Shown here piece by piece: positions 44,212 through 55,208 of a DNA stretch of 64,000 nucleotides. The stretch lies in NCBI GenBank assembly GCA_965199855.1, contig OZ241326.1, forward strand, positions 1,568,001 to 1,632,000, given 5' to 3'. Each line of letters begins with the position of its first letter. The first letter of the stretch is position 1. The DNA is from a bacterium (GTDB taxonomy: Bacteria > UBA8248). The translations under genes were made by a program, and so were the position numbers. The notes under the pieces are model-generated. The model did not search any database. It saw nothing but the letters and a program-made list of their open reading frames with translations, and was not told the origin of the DNA.

Positions 44212-46112
44212 CTGCGCTCTCCGGGCGTTCGCGCGTCGGGAGAAGCCGTCTCCCTCGCGGCGTCCGTCCTTGACGCCAGAACGTTCTTGTTCCCGCTTTT
44301 TTCGAGATAGAAGGAGATCAGCTCCCGGGCGTATGGGGCGAAGAAAGAACCCGGCCTGCCGGCGTGCTCTCCCAGGATGGCGAGCGCGATGACGGGATTC
44401 TCATACGGGGCGAAGGCGACGAACCAGCCGTGATCGCGGAATTTTCGCGGCAGTTCCTCGGGCTTCCTCTTGCGGCCCGTGAGTTCGAGGCGCACCGTCT
44501 GGGCGGTGCCCGTCTTGCCGGCCACGACGACGCCCGGGACGCGCGCCTTTTTCGCCGTGCCCAGAGTCCCGTGAACGACCTCCCTGAGTCCCTCGCGCAC
44601 CTTGTCGAAAATTTCCCCTCGTATCGGAATCTCGCGGATGAGCCGGGGCTTCGACTCGAAGAGCGCATCGCCGCCGGGGCTCACCACTTTGCGCACGACG
44701 TAGGGTCTCCAGAGGCGGCCCCGGTTCGCCACGGCGGCGACCATGTTGGCGGCCTGCAGGGGGGTGACGAGGTTGAAGCCCTGGCCGATGGCCACGCTGA
44801 TCGTCTCGCCCTTGTGCCATTTCTCGCCGAACCGGCGGCGCTTCCACGCATCCGAGGGCACGAGTCCCCACTTTTCGCGGGCGCCGAAGCCGGTGGACGC
44901 GCCCAGACCGAACATGCGCGCGTAATGCGCGATTCTTCCGATGCCCAGCTTGCGGCCCATGTCGTAGTAATAGACGTCGCAGCTTTGGGCGAGGGACTGG
45001 GTGATGTCCACGGGGCCGTGCCCCCCCTCTTTCCAGTCCTGAAATACCCTTCTGCCGAATCTGAAGGAGCCGGCGCAGCGTATTTTCTCATCGGCGGCGA
45101 CGACTTTCTCGTTCAGCGCGGCGAAGGCCATCACGATCTTGAAGATCGAACCGGGGGGGTATTGGCCCCGGGTGGCGCGGTTCTCGAGCGGCTTCAGGGG
45201 GTCTTCCGTCAGGCTTTTCCAGGCTTCGGCGTCGATGCCGGCGGCGAATTCGTTCGGGTCGAAGGAGGGCCTGCTGACCATGGCGAGAATGGCGCCGTCC
45301 GAGGGATCGAGGGCGACGACGCTGCCTTCGTGCTCCTTGAACAGCGCCTCCGCCTTCTTCTGAAGCGCCAGGTCGATGGTCAGATGCACGTCGTTGCCGG
45401 GCTTTTCCACGAAGGGGCGGACGACGCGCAGCTCTCTTCCGTAGGCGTCCACCTCCACCTGGCGAAAGCCGCTCGCCCCGCGCAGGAATTTCTCCTGGGC
45501 GCGCTCGACTCCGTATTTGCCCAGCAGGTCTCCCTGCCGGTAGTTCCGCTTTTTCAGGCGCTTGAGCTGGCGCTCGTCGATCTCGCCCAGATAGCCCAGC
45601 AGGTGCCCCGCCCCCTCGAACGAGGGGTATCGCCTGAGCGGCGTCGCCTGAACGTATACGCCGGGATAGTCGAGCTTGCGCTCTTCGAGAAAGGCCATGG
45701 TATTCCGGCTGATGTCCGCCTTGACGAGAAACGGGCGAAAGGGATTCGCCCGCCGGACTTTTTCATACAGCGCCCCGTAGGGCTGTCCGGTGAGCCCGGC
45801 CAGCATCCGGACGGTCGGCTTCAGGTTTTTCGCGTTCTCCCGGAGGATGTAGATGTTGAAAGACGCGCGGTTGTCCGCCAGCACTTCTCCCCTGGAATCG
45901 AACACGAGCCCCCGGGGGCTCTGCACGACTCGGTAGGCGATGCGGTTGTTCTCGGAGAGGCTTCTGAACTTCGCGCCCTGAATCACCTGAAGGCTCAGGA
46001 GGCGGAGGAACAGCCCGGCGAGGACGAGGCCGAAGCAGACGCCGAATATGAGGACGCGGCGCCTGAGCGCGTCGCTCGTCTCCGGGCTCCGGCTGGCGCG
46101 CCACTCCTTCAT
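44208..46112 (-). CDS. mrdA: Penicillin-binding protein 2
   Basis: SIFK (SxxK), SCD, KTGTAQ; N-terminal transmembrane helix. Confidence 0.96.
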   Translation of the reverse strand: MKEWRASRSPETSDALRRRVLIFGVCFGLVLAGLFLRLLSLQVIQGAKFRSLSENNRIAYRVVQSPRGLVFDSRGEVLADNRASFNIYILRENAKNLKPTVRMLAGLTGQPYGALYEKVRRANPFRPFLVKADISRNTMAFLEERKLDYPGVYVQATPLRRYPSFEGAGHLLGYLGEIDERQLKRLKKRNYRQGDLLGKYGVERAQEKFLRGASGFRQVEVDAYGRELRVVRPFVEKPGNDVHLTIDLALQKKAEALFKEHEGSVVALDPSDGAILAMVSRPSFDPNEFAAGIDAEAWKSLTEDPLKPLENRATRGQYPPGSIFKIVMAFAALNEKVVAADEKIRCAGSFRFGRRVFQDWKEGGHGPVDITQSLAQSCDVYYYDMGRKLGIGRIAHYARMFGLGASTGFGAREKWGLVPSDAWKRRRFGEKWHKGETISVAIGQGFNLVTPLQAANMVAAVANRGRLWRPYVVRKVVSPGGDALFESKPRLIREIPIRGEIFDKVREGLREVVHGTLGTAKKARVPGVVVAGKTGTAQTVRLELTGRKRKPEELPRKFRDHGWFVAFAPYENPVIALAILGEHAGRPGSFFAPYARELISFYLEKSGNKNVLASRTDAARETASPDARTPGERR

Positions 46113-46113
46113 C

Positions 46114-46635
46114 TCAGGGCCGCTCCAGGTAGGGCGCGCCCTCGGAGGATGGAAGCGTTTTCACCTCGATTTTTCCCAGCAGGCCGATGACCATCGGCGC
46201 CAGGACGGCGTTCAGCCCCGCGGTCCTGGCGCCCTCCAGCCAGAATTCGACGGGAAGCGCCTTGTCGGGCAGAAACACCATCGCCAGTCCGGCGGAAAGC
46301 GCGAGATTGAAAATCGAGGCGAAGAACGCCGTCGAGCAGTAAAAGAAGAGCCGGCGCGACGTCATGGTGCTCTTCAGCCCTCCCGCGCAATAGCCGATCA
46401 GCCCTTTCAGGAGCGCGTTGAGGCCGAGCAGGCTTCCCGAAAGCGCGTCCTGGGCGAGTCCCAGGACGAAGCCCCCGACGAGCGCGGCGGCCCTGTCCCG
46501 CCGAAGCCCCAGGAATACGGTGGTGAGGAGCATGGCGTCCGGCCTGGCGCCGAGCCAGTCCGAAAAGTATTCGGCGGCCGACGTGTGGAATACGATCGTG
46601 AAGATGAGGAGGATGGCGCAGAAGAGAAAACTCAT
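46114..46635 (-). CDS. mreD: Rod shape-determining protein MreD
   Basis: Hydrophobic; RPDAMLL, GLAQDALSG; lies between mreC and mrdA. Confidence 0.88.
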   Translation of the reverse strand: MSFLFCAILLIFTIVFHTSAAEYFSDWLGARPDAMLLTTVFLGLRRDRAAALVGGFVLGLAQDALSGSLLGLNALLKGLIGYCAGGLKSTMTSRRLFFYCSTAFFASIFNLALSAGLAMVFLPDKALPVEFWLEGARTAGLNAVLAPMVIGLLGKIEVKTLPSSEGAPYLERP

Positions 46636-47465
46636 TTCCAGGGGTTTTCCCTTGGCTCCGTCATCAGGATCAAGACTTCCTCCAGGCTCGAGAAGTTCAC
46701 GAGCGGCTCCGCCCTGATTTTCAGAAACAATTCTTTCGCGTCGATGACTTCCGTGACGCGGGCTACGGGGAGGCCCTTCGGGAAAAGCCCCCCCAGGCCG
46801 GAGGAGATGAGCAGGTCGCCCGGCCTGGCTCCCGCGCCGCCCGGCATGTGGCGCACCTCGCTCTCCCCCTGCCGGGAAATGGAGAAAATCCCCTGCGCGC
46901 GGGAGCGCTGCGCGATGACGCTGACCGCGCTTCTCGAATCGAGCAGCGGCAGCACCTGGCTCACGCCGCGGCTCACCCGGGAGATTCTTCCCACGAGTCC
47001 CGCCTGATGCACGACCGGCATGTCCCTGCGCACGCCGTCCACGGAACCCAGATCCACGATGAGCGATTTTCCATAAATGCTTCCGCCGTGCGCCACGATG
47101 CGGGCGAGGCGAACGGGCGCCGCGAGATTCCTCGATGCCCGGAGCAGTTCCTCCAGGCGCGCGATCTCCGTCTTCAGCTCCCGGATCCGCGCGTGATTCG
47201 CGCTGAAAGCCAGCAACTTTTGCCTCAGCGCGACGTTTTCCTCGTGCGCGTTCTTGAGGAGCAGATATCTTTGCCAGGTTCCGACCGCCCATTTTCTGGG
47301 GGCGTCGCCGATGTCGACGATCTGCCCCATGAGGGAGAAAAGCCCCCTCTCGATGAAAGTGGAGCGGCCCTGAAGCAGCGCGCTCACAGTCATGAGCATG
47401 AAGCAGACGACGAACAGCGCGATGAGGAGAGCGGCGTTCCGCCGTTCAATGAGAAACTGAAGCAT
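46632..47465 (-). CDS. mreC: Rod shape-determining protein MreC
   Basis: EN..LR coiled coil, GLVGRI, SSGLGGLFPKGLPV. Confidence 0.93.
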   Translation of the reverse strand: MLQFLIERRNAALLIALFVVCFMLMTVSALLQGRSTFIERGLFSLMGQIVDIGDAPRKWAVGTWQRYLLLKNAHEENVALRQKLLAFSANHARIRELKTEIARLEELLRASRNLAAPVRLARIVAHGGSIYGKSLIVDLGSVDGVRRDMPVVHQAGLVGRISRVSRGVSQVLPLLDSRSAVSVIAQRSRAQGIFSISRQGESEVRHMPGGAGARPGDLLISSGLGGLFPKGLPVARVTEVIDAKELFLKIRAEPLVNFSSLEEVLILMTEPRENPWK

Positions 47466-47537
47466 GGCCTTCCAGGTTTCGTTCTCGGCGGCGGGCGAAA
47501 TGCGATGCGCGAGGGCGTCGAATCCTCTTTGCCCCGG

Positions 47538-48587
<1,050 letters not shown>

Positions 48588-48840
48588 CTATTGTTTCATG
48601 CGCAACGCATATTCCGGTATCATTAACATTTGGGATGGGAAAAATCAAGGAAAACGCGAATTTAGAAGGAGAAGCGCGGTTTTATTTGATAAAATCCGAC
48701 TGCGCCCCGGGCGGGGCGCCGCGAATTCCTCCTCTCCCCGTTTGCGGCGAGAGGGCAGGTGGTCTATTTTCGCGTTCCTTCGCCGCCCGAATCGCATTTC
48801 CGCCGCCGTCAGTCGTCGGTTTTGAGGGAGTTCGACATTC

Positions 48841-50739
48841 ATGCTTCGCTTTTTGAGGGCAAAGGGGAAAAGCTGGGTTCTGAAGGCGCTGCTCGGGTTC
48901 GTCGCGCTCACCTTCGTGTCTTTCGGCGGGTTCGCGCTCACGGACGGGCCGAGCCAGTCCGGGGGCGCGCGGGTGGCGGCGTGGGTGGATGAGGCTCCGA
49001 TATCGGCGCGCGAGTTCGAGCAGCGCTACTATGAGCAGGCCGAGGCGCTCAGGCGGCAGCTGGGCGACGCCTACAACGAGGAGCTCGCGCGCCGTCTCGG
49101 CGTGCGGCGCCGGGCGCTCGACTCCCTGATACTCGAAAAGCTTCAGTTGCGCGAAACACGGCGTCTCGGCATTCAGGCCACCGACTCGGAGGTCGCGCTT
49201 CAGATTCAGTCCCTCCCCCCTTTCCAGAGAGAAGGGAGGTTCGACGCCCGGCGGTATCGCGCCGTTCTTGAGTCGAACGGCCTCACCCCCCGGCAATTCG
49301 AGGAGGCGCAAAGGCGGGTCGTTCTGCTCGGTCGCCTGCGCGACTACGTGAACATGAGCGTGTCGCTCAGCGATCGGGAGGTGCGCGACGCCTGGGAGTG
49401 GAGCAGCGCGGAGATCAAGCTGGCGGCGATTCGCCTGAAGCCGGAGACGTTCGCCAGGGAAGTGCCGGCGCTGGAAGCCGACCTGAAGGAGCATTATGAA
49501 AAGAACAGGGACGAATTCAGGACGGCCCCCCAAAGGCGCGCGTCCTGGTGGCGCCTGCCGTTTTCCGAAGCGGCGAAGGGTGTCGAGCTCAATGAGGCGG
49601 ATTTGAGAGCCCACTACGCCCGCGCCCGCGCGAAGTATGCGCGGCGCGAGAGCATATCGGTCAACCAGATTTTCCTGAAGCTTCCGCCCGACGCGAAAGA
49701 AGAGCAGATCGAGGCGAAGCGCAAGCTGCTCGAACAGTTGCGCGAGCGCGTCGTGAAGGGCGAGAAATTCACCGAACTCGCCAAGGCCCACTCCGAAGGC
49801 CCGGCGGCGAAGCAGGGGGGCGACCTCGGCACGTTCGGCAGGGGAGAGATGCTGCCCGGGCTGGAGCAGGCGGCGTTTGACCTGAAGAAAGGGGAGGTGA
49901 GCCGGCCCGTCAAGACTTCCTTCGGGATGCACCTCGTATGGGTGAGGGAGCGGGTGCCGCCCGGCCACAGGCCGTTCGACGAGGCGCGCGAGGAGGTGGA
50001 AAAGGAGCTGCGGGACCTGCGCGCCAGACAGCGCGCCAGGAGCGAGCTCAGGAAAGTCCGCTACGCGGTGGAGGACAAAAAGGCGGAGCCTCGCGTGGCC
50101 GGACTGCAAAAAGGGGAAACCGGCTTTTTCGAGAGGGGCCGCCTCTCGCTGACGACGCCCGGGGCCGGCGTGGTGAGCGAGCTCGCCTTCGGCCTGAGCG
50201 GCCAGAAGAAAATATCCCGAGAAAGAGAGGATGAGGAAGGCGTCAGCTTCGTGCGGCTGGATGCGAAAAGAGCGCCTTTCGTTCCGAAGTTCGAGGACGC
50301 GCGCGCCGAGGTGGAGCGATCGTTTCTGCGTTTCAGGGGCGGGGAGATAGCGAAGCGAAAAGCGGCGCTCTGGCTTCAGGAGCTGAAGGACAAGAAGCGC
50401 GACCTGCACGGCATCGCCCGGGAGATTGGACTGAGCGTTCTCGTCCCCGGCGCCTTCAAGCGCATGGAGGCGCCCCCCGCGCTCGGCGCCTCGCGGGAGG
50501 TTGCCGCCGCGGCGTTCTCCATCGAGGCGGGCGGGTTTGGCATGGCCGAAGCGGGCGGCGAAGTGATCCTGTTCGAGGTGCTGGAAGCCCCCGAGGCGGA
50601 CATGAAGAAGCTCGAATCCGAAAAAGGGGACGTCCGCCGACGGATGCTTCAGGTGAAAAGGGCGCTGGCGTTCGGCCGGTATCTCGAAAAGCTCAGGAAC
50701 GCGGCGGAAGTGCGCTTCGAGGAAGGGTTCGGGGCGTAG
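48841..50739 (+). CDS. ppiD: PpiD-like periplasmic chaperone/peptidyl-prolyl isomerase
   Basis: N-terminal transmembrane anchor, SurA-N region, parvulin FTELAKAHS..GGDLG..FGMHL. Confidence 0.85.
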   Translation: MLRFLRAKGKSWVLKALLGFVALTFVSFGGFALTDGPSQSGGARVAAWVDEAPISAREFEQRYYEQAEALRRQLGDAYNEELARRLGVRRRALDSLILEKLQLRETRRLGIQATDSEVALQIQSLPPFQREGRFDARRYRAVLESNGLTPRQFEEAQRRVVLLGRLRDYVNMSVSLSDREVRDAWEWSSAEIKLAAIRLKPETFAREVPALEADLKEHYEKNRDEFRTAPQRRASWWRLPFSEAAKGVELNEADLRAHYARARAKYARRESISVNQIFLKLPPDAKEEQIEAKRKLLEQLRERVVKGEKFTELAKAHSEGPAAKQGGDLGTFGRGEMLPGLEQAAFDLKKGEVSRPVKTSFGMHLVWVRERVPPGHRPFDEAREEVEKELRDLRARQRARSELRKVRYAVEDKKAEPRVAGLQKGETGFFERGRLSLTTPGAGVVSELAFGLSGQKKISREREDEEGVSFVRLDAKRAPFVPKFEDARAEVERSFLRFRGGEIAKRKAALWLQELKDKKRDLHGIAREIGLSVLVPGAFKRMEAPPALGASREVAAAAFSIEAGGFGMAEAGGEVILFEVLEAPEADMKKLESEKGDVRRRMLQVKRALAFGRYLEKLRNAAEVRFEEGFGA

Positions 50740-50751
50740 GGGACCTCTTTG

Positions 50752-51066
50752 TCAGCGCCAGAAGTCCTCCCGATCCTCGGGCCTGATTTCGTGCTTCTCC
50801 TGCATCCCCTTGTCGAACAGCTCCGCCGCCTCTCTTTTCCTGGCCGCCTGCTGCTCCATCAGATCCCGGATATCGGGGCTTTTCTTGCTGGCGGCTTCGG
50901 CGAACGGGTCTTTCACTTGGTGGCGCACGATTCGCGCGGAATCCCCCTCGACCTGGAACCGTATCTGGTTGCCGGGCGCGACGTTCAGGGATTTCATGAT
51001 CTCCTTGGGGAGGTGGATTCTTCCCCCGCGGCCGATTTCGATGACGTGCGGCTTCTTCTCGCTCAT
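50752..51066 (-). CDS. AbrB/MazE/SpoVT-family DNA-binding protein
   Basis: GRGGRIHLPKEIMKSLNVAPGNQIRF swapped-hairpin motif. Confidence 0.75.
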   Translation of the reverse strand: MSEKKPHVIEIGRGGRIHLPKEIMKSLNVAPGNQIRFQVEGDSARIVRHQVKDPFAEAASKKSPDIRDLMEQQAARKREAAELFDKGMQEKHEIRPEDREDFWR

Positions 51067-51142
51067 GAGGCGCTTTCCTCCCTGCGGGAGAGGCCGCGTC
51101 GCCCGGAAAGAGCGAAGCGCCTCCCGCCCGGCGCGCCGATGA

Positions 51143-53692
51143 TCATCCCCAGGTCAGCAAGTGCAGGCTCAGGGGATGAACGAGGTGCGGATGGTGGGGC
51201 ACCGCGCGAACCGATACGCCGTGCGCGCCCGTCCTCCGGCACTCGATCTCTCCGCGGAAGCGGTAGAGTCCTTCTCCCAGGTCTTCGGCGAAGGCCATGG
51301 GGGAGGCGACCCCTCCGGCGAGCCGGTTCTCCTCCTTCATGGCCCCCTCGTAAATCTCGAGGCGAACCTCCTCCGGGGAGAGCCTGCCGAGCGAGGCTTC
51401 CGCCTCGACGCTTATTTTCGTTCCCAGCGGGACGACGCCGTTTCGCTCCATCGAGATGCGCGTAATCTCAACGTCCGGCCACGCTTCGCGCGCGCGCTCC
51501 TTCCACTCGTGAAGCGCCTTGGCGGGCGCCCTCTCGTCCGCCATGAGGCGCGCGTGATGCGCTCCCAGGGGCAGATAGAATTTTTCGGCGTATTCGCGCA
51601 CCATCCGCGTCGTATTGAAGTATGGGCAGAGGGACTGGAGGGAGCGCTTGATCATGGCGAGCCAGCGGTAGGGAACGCCTCCCTCGCTTCGCTCGTAGAA
51701 AAGGGGAACGGCGGACTGCTCGAGAATGTTGAACAGGCTCTCGCACTCCATCTCGTCCTGGTAGCCGGGGTCGTCATACGCCTCCGGGCCGCCGATGGCC
51801 CACCCCAGGCCGCTCTCGTAGCCCTCCGCCCACCAGCCGTCCAGGATGCTCAGGTTCAGGGCGCCGTTGGCGGCGGCCTTCATGCCGCTCGTCCCGCTCG
51901 CCTCCTGCGGGCGGCGGGGATTGTTGAGCCACAGGTCCACCCCCTGCACGAGCTGCCGCGCGACGTGGATGTCGTAATCCTCTACGAATACGAGCTTCTC
52001 CTGCGCGTTTTCCCTTCGGGCGAACTGGATGAGCTCACGGATGAAGCTCTTGCCTTCCATGTCCCGCGGGTGCGCCTTTCCGGCGAATATGATTTGAACG
52101 GGTCTCTCCTCGTTCGTGAGGAGGGAGACGAGCCGCTCGGGCCTTTTGAGCAGGAGGGTGGCGCGCTTGTAGGTGGCGAAGCGCCGCGCGAATCCTATCG
52201 TCAGCGCCTTGGGGTCGAGGAATACGGCGGGGTCGGAGTGGCCGCCGCTCCCCAGATGCCTCTTGCGGGCGTGCTCGCGGCAGAAATGAATGAGCCGCTC
52301 GCGGTTTTTCTCCTTGATGGCCCAGAGTTCGCCCTCCGGAATGTGGGCGGCGCGCTCCCACGTTTCGGGGGCGTCCGTCTCGTCCGGCCAGGCGTCGCCC
52401 AGGCAGCGGTCGAAGAGCCCCTTCATATCGGCGGATATCCAGGTGGGGAAGTGGACGCCGTTTGTGACGGAGTCGATGGGCACGTCTCCCTCCGGCGCTT
52501 CGGGCCACATGGAATGCCACATTTTGCGGGAGACTTCTCCGTGAAGTTTGCTGACGCCGTTCGCCGCCGAGGAGAGGCGCAGCGCCAGGACGGCCATGTT
52601 GAAGGGCTCCTCCCGGTGGCCGGGATGAATCCGCCCAAGGTTGAGAAAGTCGTCCCAGCCCATCGAGAGGGATTCCGCGTAGGCGCGAAAGTATTTTTCC
52701 ATCAGATCGGGCGGAAAAATGTCGATGCCCGCCGGAACGGGCGTGTGCGTCGTGAAGATGTTGCCGGCCGATGTCAGCTCCCGGGCGGCGCCGGCGTCGA
52801 TGCCGAACTTCTCCATCGAGAAGCGGATTCTCTCGAGGGCCAGAAAGGCGGAGTGCCCTTCGTTCATGTGGCAGACCACGGGCGGGAGGTTCAGCTTGTG
52901 GAGCAGCCTCACGCCGCCGATGCCGAGCAGTATCTCCTGGCGAATCCGCGTTTCCATGTCCCCGCCGTAGAGCGCCAGGGTGATTTCGCGCAGCGAGGGC
53001 GCGTTTTCGGGAATGTTGGCGTCCATGAAGTAGATCGGGTTGCGGCCCACCTGCACGCGCCATATCTGCGCGGTGAGCAGTCCGTCGGGATAGTCCACTT
53101 CCACCGTAAGGGGCGCGCCGCTCTCGTCGCGCTCGAGGTGAAGGGGCATGTGGGGAAACGTGTTGTGCGGGTAGCGTTCGTGCTGCCAGCCGTCGGGGCC
53201 GAGCTGCTGACGGAAATATCCCTGGCCATAGAGAAGGCCGACGCCGATGAGGGGCAGCCCCAGGTCGCTGGCCGACTTCATATGGTCGCCGGCCAGGATG
53301 CCCAGACCGCCCGAGTAGCTGGGCACGGATTCCGTCAGCCCGAACTCCATGCCGAAGTAGGCGATGCGCAAATCGGCGCTTTTCCGGCTGTCGGGCAGGT
53401 TTTGGTACCAAGAGGGTTTTTGGAGATATTCGCGAAGCTCATGCAGCACGCCTCTCATTTCGCCGAGAAAGCCCTCGTCCCTCGCCGCTTCGTCGAGCCG
53501 CTCCTGCGAGACGCGCCGCAGCATCCTGACGGGATTGTAGTAGCATTGCTCCCACTCGGCTTCGTCCAGCCGGCTGAACAGCGCCCGCGCGCGATGGTTC
53601 CAGTCGAAGGCGACGTTGCCGGCGATCTCCTCGAGTTCCCCCAGCTCGGGAGGAATGTTGGGCACTACCTGAAATGAAAGCACGGTGGTCAT
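51143..53692 (-). CDS. glgP: Alpha-glucan (glycogen/maltodextrin) phosphorylase
   Basis: YSGGLGILAGDH, HMNEGH, FARRFATYKR, EASGTSGMK. Confidence 0.96.
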   Translation of the reverse strand: MTTVLSFQVVPNIPPELGELEEIAGNVAFDWNHRARALFSRLDEAEWEQCYYNPVRMLRRVSQERLDEAARDEGFLGEMRGVLHELREYLQKPSWYQNLPDSRKSADLRIAYFGMEFGLTESVPSYSGGLGILAGDHMKSASDLGLPLIGVGLLYGQGYFRQQLGPDGWQHERYPHNTFPHMPLHLERDESGAPLTVEVDYPDGLLTAQIWRVQVGRNPIYFMDANIPENAPSLREITLALYGGDMETRIRQEILLGIGGVRLLHKLNLPPVVCHMNEGHSAFLALERIRFSMEKFGIDAGAARELTSAGNIFTTHTPVPAGIDIFPPDLMEKYFRAYAESLSMGWDDFLNLGRIHPGHREEPFNMAVLALRLSSAANGVSKLHGEVSRKMWHSMWPEAPEGDVPIDSVTNGVHFPTWISADMKGLFDRCLGDAWPDETDAPETWERAAHIPEGELWAIKEKNRERLIHFCREHARKRHLGSGGHSDPAVFLDPKALTIGFARRFATYKRATLLLKRPERLVSLLTNEERPVQIIFAGKAHPRDMEGKSFIRELIQFARRENAQEKLVFVEDYDIHVARQLVQGVDLWLNNPRRPQEASGTSGMKAAANGALNLSILDGWWAEGYESGLGWAIGGPEAYDDPGYQDEMECESLFNILEQSAVPLFYERSEGGVPYRWLAMIKRSLQSLCPYFNTTRMVREYAEKFYLPLGAHHARLMADERAPAKALHEWKERAREAWPDVEITRISMERNGVVPLGTKISVEAEASLGRLSPEEVRLEIYEGAMKEENRLAGGVASPMAFAEDLGEGLYRFRGEIECRRTGAHGVSVRAVPHHPHLVHPLSLHLLTWG

Positions 53693-53761
53693 GTTTTATT
53701 TCCGATAAGGGTCATGGCTTCCGTCCATGCCGCGCGGGCTCTCCGGCGAGCGGGGACCGAA

Positions 53762-54166
53762 TCATTCGGCCAGCCCGTAGGCGCCTTTTTCCCTGAGCGC
53801 CAAGTTGGGGCCCGGCGGAGAATATAAAACCACATATTTGAGCGGCGCGTCACCCGTGCTTGATATTTGGTGCATCTTCCCCGGCGGCACGAAGACCGCG
53901 TCTCCCGGCGCGACGGGGATTTTCTCTCCTTCGATGTTCATTATCCCCGCTCCGCTGATGACGTAGAAGGCGTGCTCCTCGGCGTCGTGCTTGTGGGCGG
54001 TGGAGGTGAGGCCCGGATCGAACTCGTTGACGAGCAGGGCGAACTGTTTTGCGCCCACGCTTTGCTCGTCGAGCAGAATCCGGAACACGCTCCTGCCGCC
54101 GGGGACGGGCAGAGTTCCGCTGGCGGTTTCGCTCTCGCGCACGCGCAAGGATTTCTTGTCGCTCAT
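53762..54166 (-). CDS. Cupin-domain protein
   Basis: HKHDAEEHAFYVISG and VFVPPGKMH metal motifs. Confidence 0.85.
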   Translation of the reverse strand: MSDKKSLRVRESETASGTLPVPGGRSVFRILLDEQSVGAKQFALLVNEFDPGLTSTAHKHDAEEHAFYVISGAGIMNIEGEKIPVAPGDAVFVPPGKMHQISSTGDAPLKYVVLYSPPGPNLALREKGAYGLAE

Positions 54167-54182
54167 GGAGGCTCCTTATGGC

Positions 54183-55004
54183 TCATGGCGGCCCTTCGCC
54201 GCGCTGTCGATACATGTGGTCGAGCGGCCCTCTGCCGCTTCCGATGGCCAGCGAGTTCTCGATGGCGCCCTGAATGTAGCGCTTCGCCCGCCTCGCCGCC
54301 TCGGTGGTCGTATCTCCCAGGGCCAGGCCTGCGGCGATGGCCGAGGACAGCGTGCATCCCGTCCCGTGCGTGTGCGGGGTGTCGATTCGTCTGCCCTCCA
54401 GGATGATCTCCTCTTCTCCGTCGAAGAAAACGTCCGCCGCTCCATCGGTAATGTGCCCCCCTTTGAGAAGGACGCGCGCGGCGCCGCGCTCGCGCAGCAT
54501 CCGGGCGGCGTCCTTCATGTCCGCCAGATTCCGGATTTCCCTGAACCCGAGAACGTCGCGCGCCTCCTCGGTGTTGGGGGTGACGATCTCCGCCAGGGGA
54601 AAGAGCTTTTCGACGAGCGCCTCTCTCGCGTCGGGCGCCAGAAGCGGATCGCCGCTTTTCGCCACCATCACCGGGTCGAGTACGACGCGCGCCAGCTCAT
54701 GCGCCGTCAGCTTCTTGGCGACGATCTCAATGACCTCGACCGTTGCGAGCATCCCGATTTTGACGCTCGCCACTTCGAGGTCGGAGCATATCGAGTCGAA
54801 CTGCGCGCCGATGAAGTCGGGCGGCGCGCCGTGTACTCCCTGCACGCCCACGGTGTTTTGGGCCGTCAGCGCGGTGATGACCGAAGCGCCATAGACGCCG
54901 AACGCGCTGAAAGTCTTGAGATCGGCCTGAACGCCTGCGCCGCCGCCCGAATCCGAACCGGCTATCGTCATGGCGACGGGCGGAACCGCCCGGGGTTCTC
55001 TCAC
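54183..55004 (-). CDS. thiD: Hydroxymethylpyrimidine/phosphomethylpyrimidine kinase
   Basis: TIAGSDSGGGAGVQADLKT, DPVMVAKSG, THGTGCTLS. Confidence 0.96.
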   Translation of the reverse strand: MREPRAVPPVAMTIAGSDSGGGAGVQADLKTFSAFGVYGASVITALTAQNTVGVQGVHGAPPDFIGAQFDSICSDLEVASVKIGMLATVEVIEIVAKKLTAHELARVVLDPVMVAKSGDPLLAPDAREALVEKLFPLAEIVTPNTEEARDVLGFREIRNLADMKDAARMLRERGAARVLLKGGHITDGAADVFFDGEEEIILEGRRIDTPHTHGTGCTLSSAIAAGLALGDTTTEAARRAKRYIQGAIENSLAIGSGRGPLDHMYRQRGEGPP

Positions 55005-55122
55005 GTTCGCTTCTCCCGTTCGCGCCGCATTATTATAGGCCGATGCGCCATGGGAATGTAGCACGGGAGCATGACGGGAGTATGCCGGGCGCACAGGGAG
55101 CGGAAAATTTCTGAAATTCGGG

Positions 55123-55156
55123 AATTCTTGACAATTTTATTCAGGAATTATAGTCT
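55123..55156 (+). promoter_or_regulatory. cysK-operon sigma70 promoter overlapped by a palindromic Rrf2-type operator
   Basis: TTGACA (55128-55133), 17 nt, TAGTCT (55151-55156). AATTCTTGA-N9-TCAGGAATT inverted repeat at 55123-55149. Confidence 0.75.
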
Positions 55157-55208
55157 CCCGTTGGGTCGGATTTTGGCGAAAAACGAAGATATTGTGAAGG
55201 GGGTTTTC

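Noticed and set aside
48598-48610. ATGCG-CAA-CGCAT palindrome upstream of mreB
   Set aside because: Five-bp arms are within chance expectation, and I saw no second copy.
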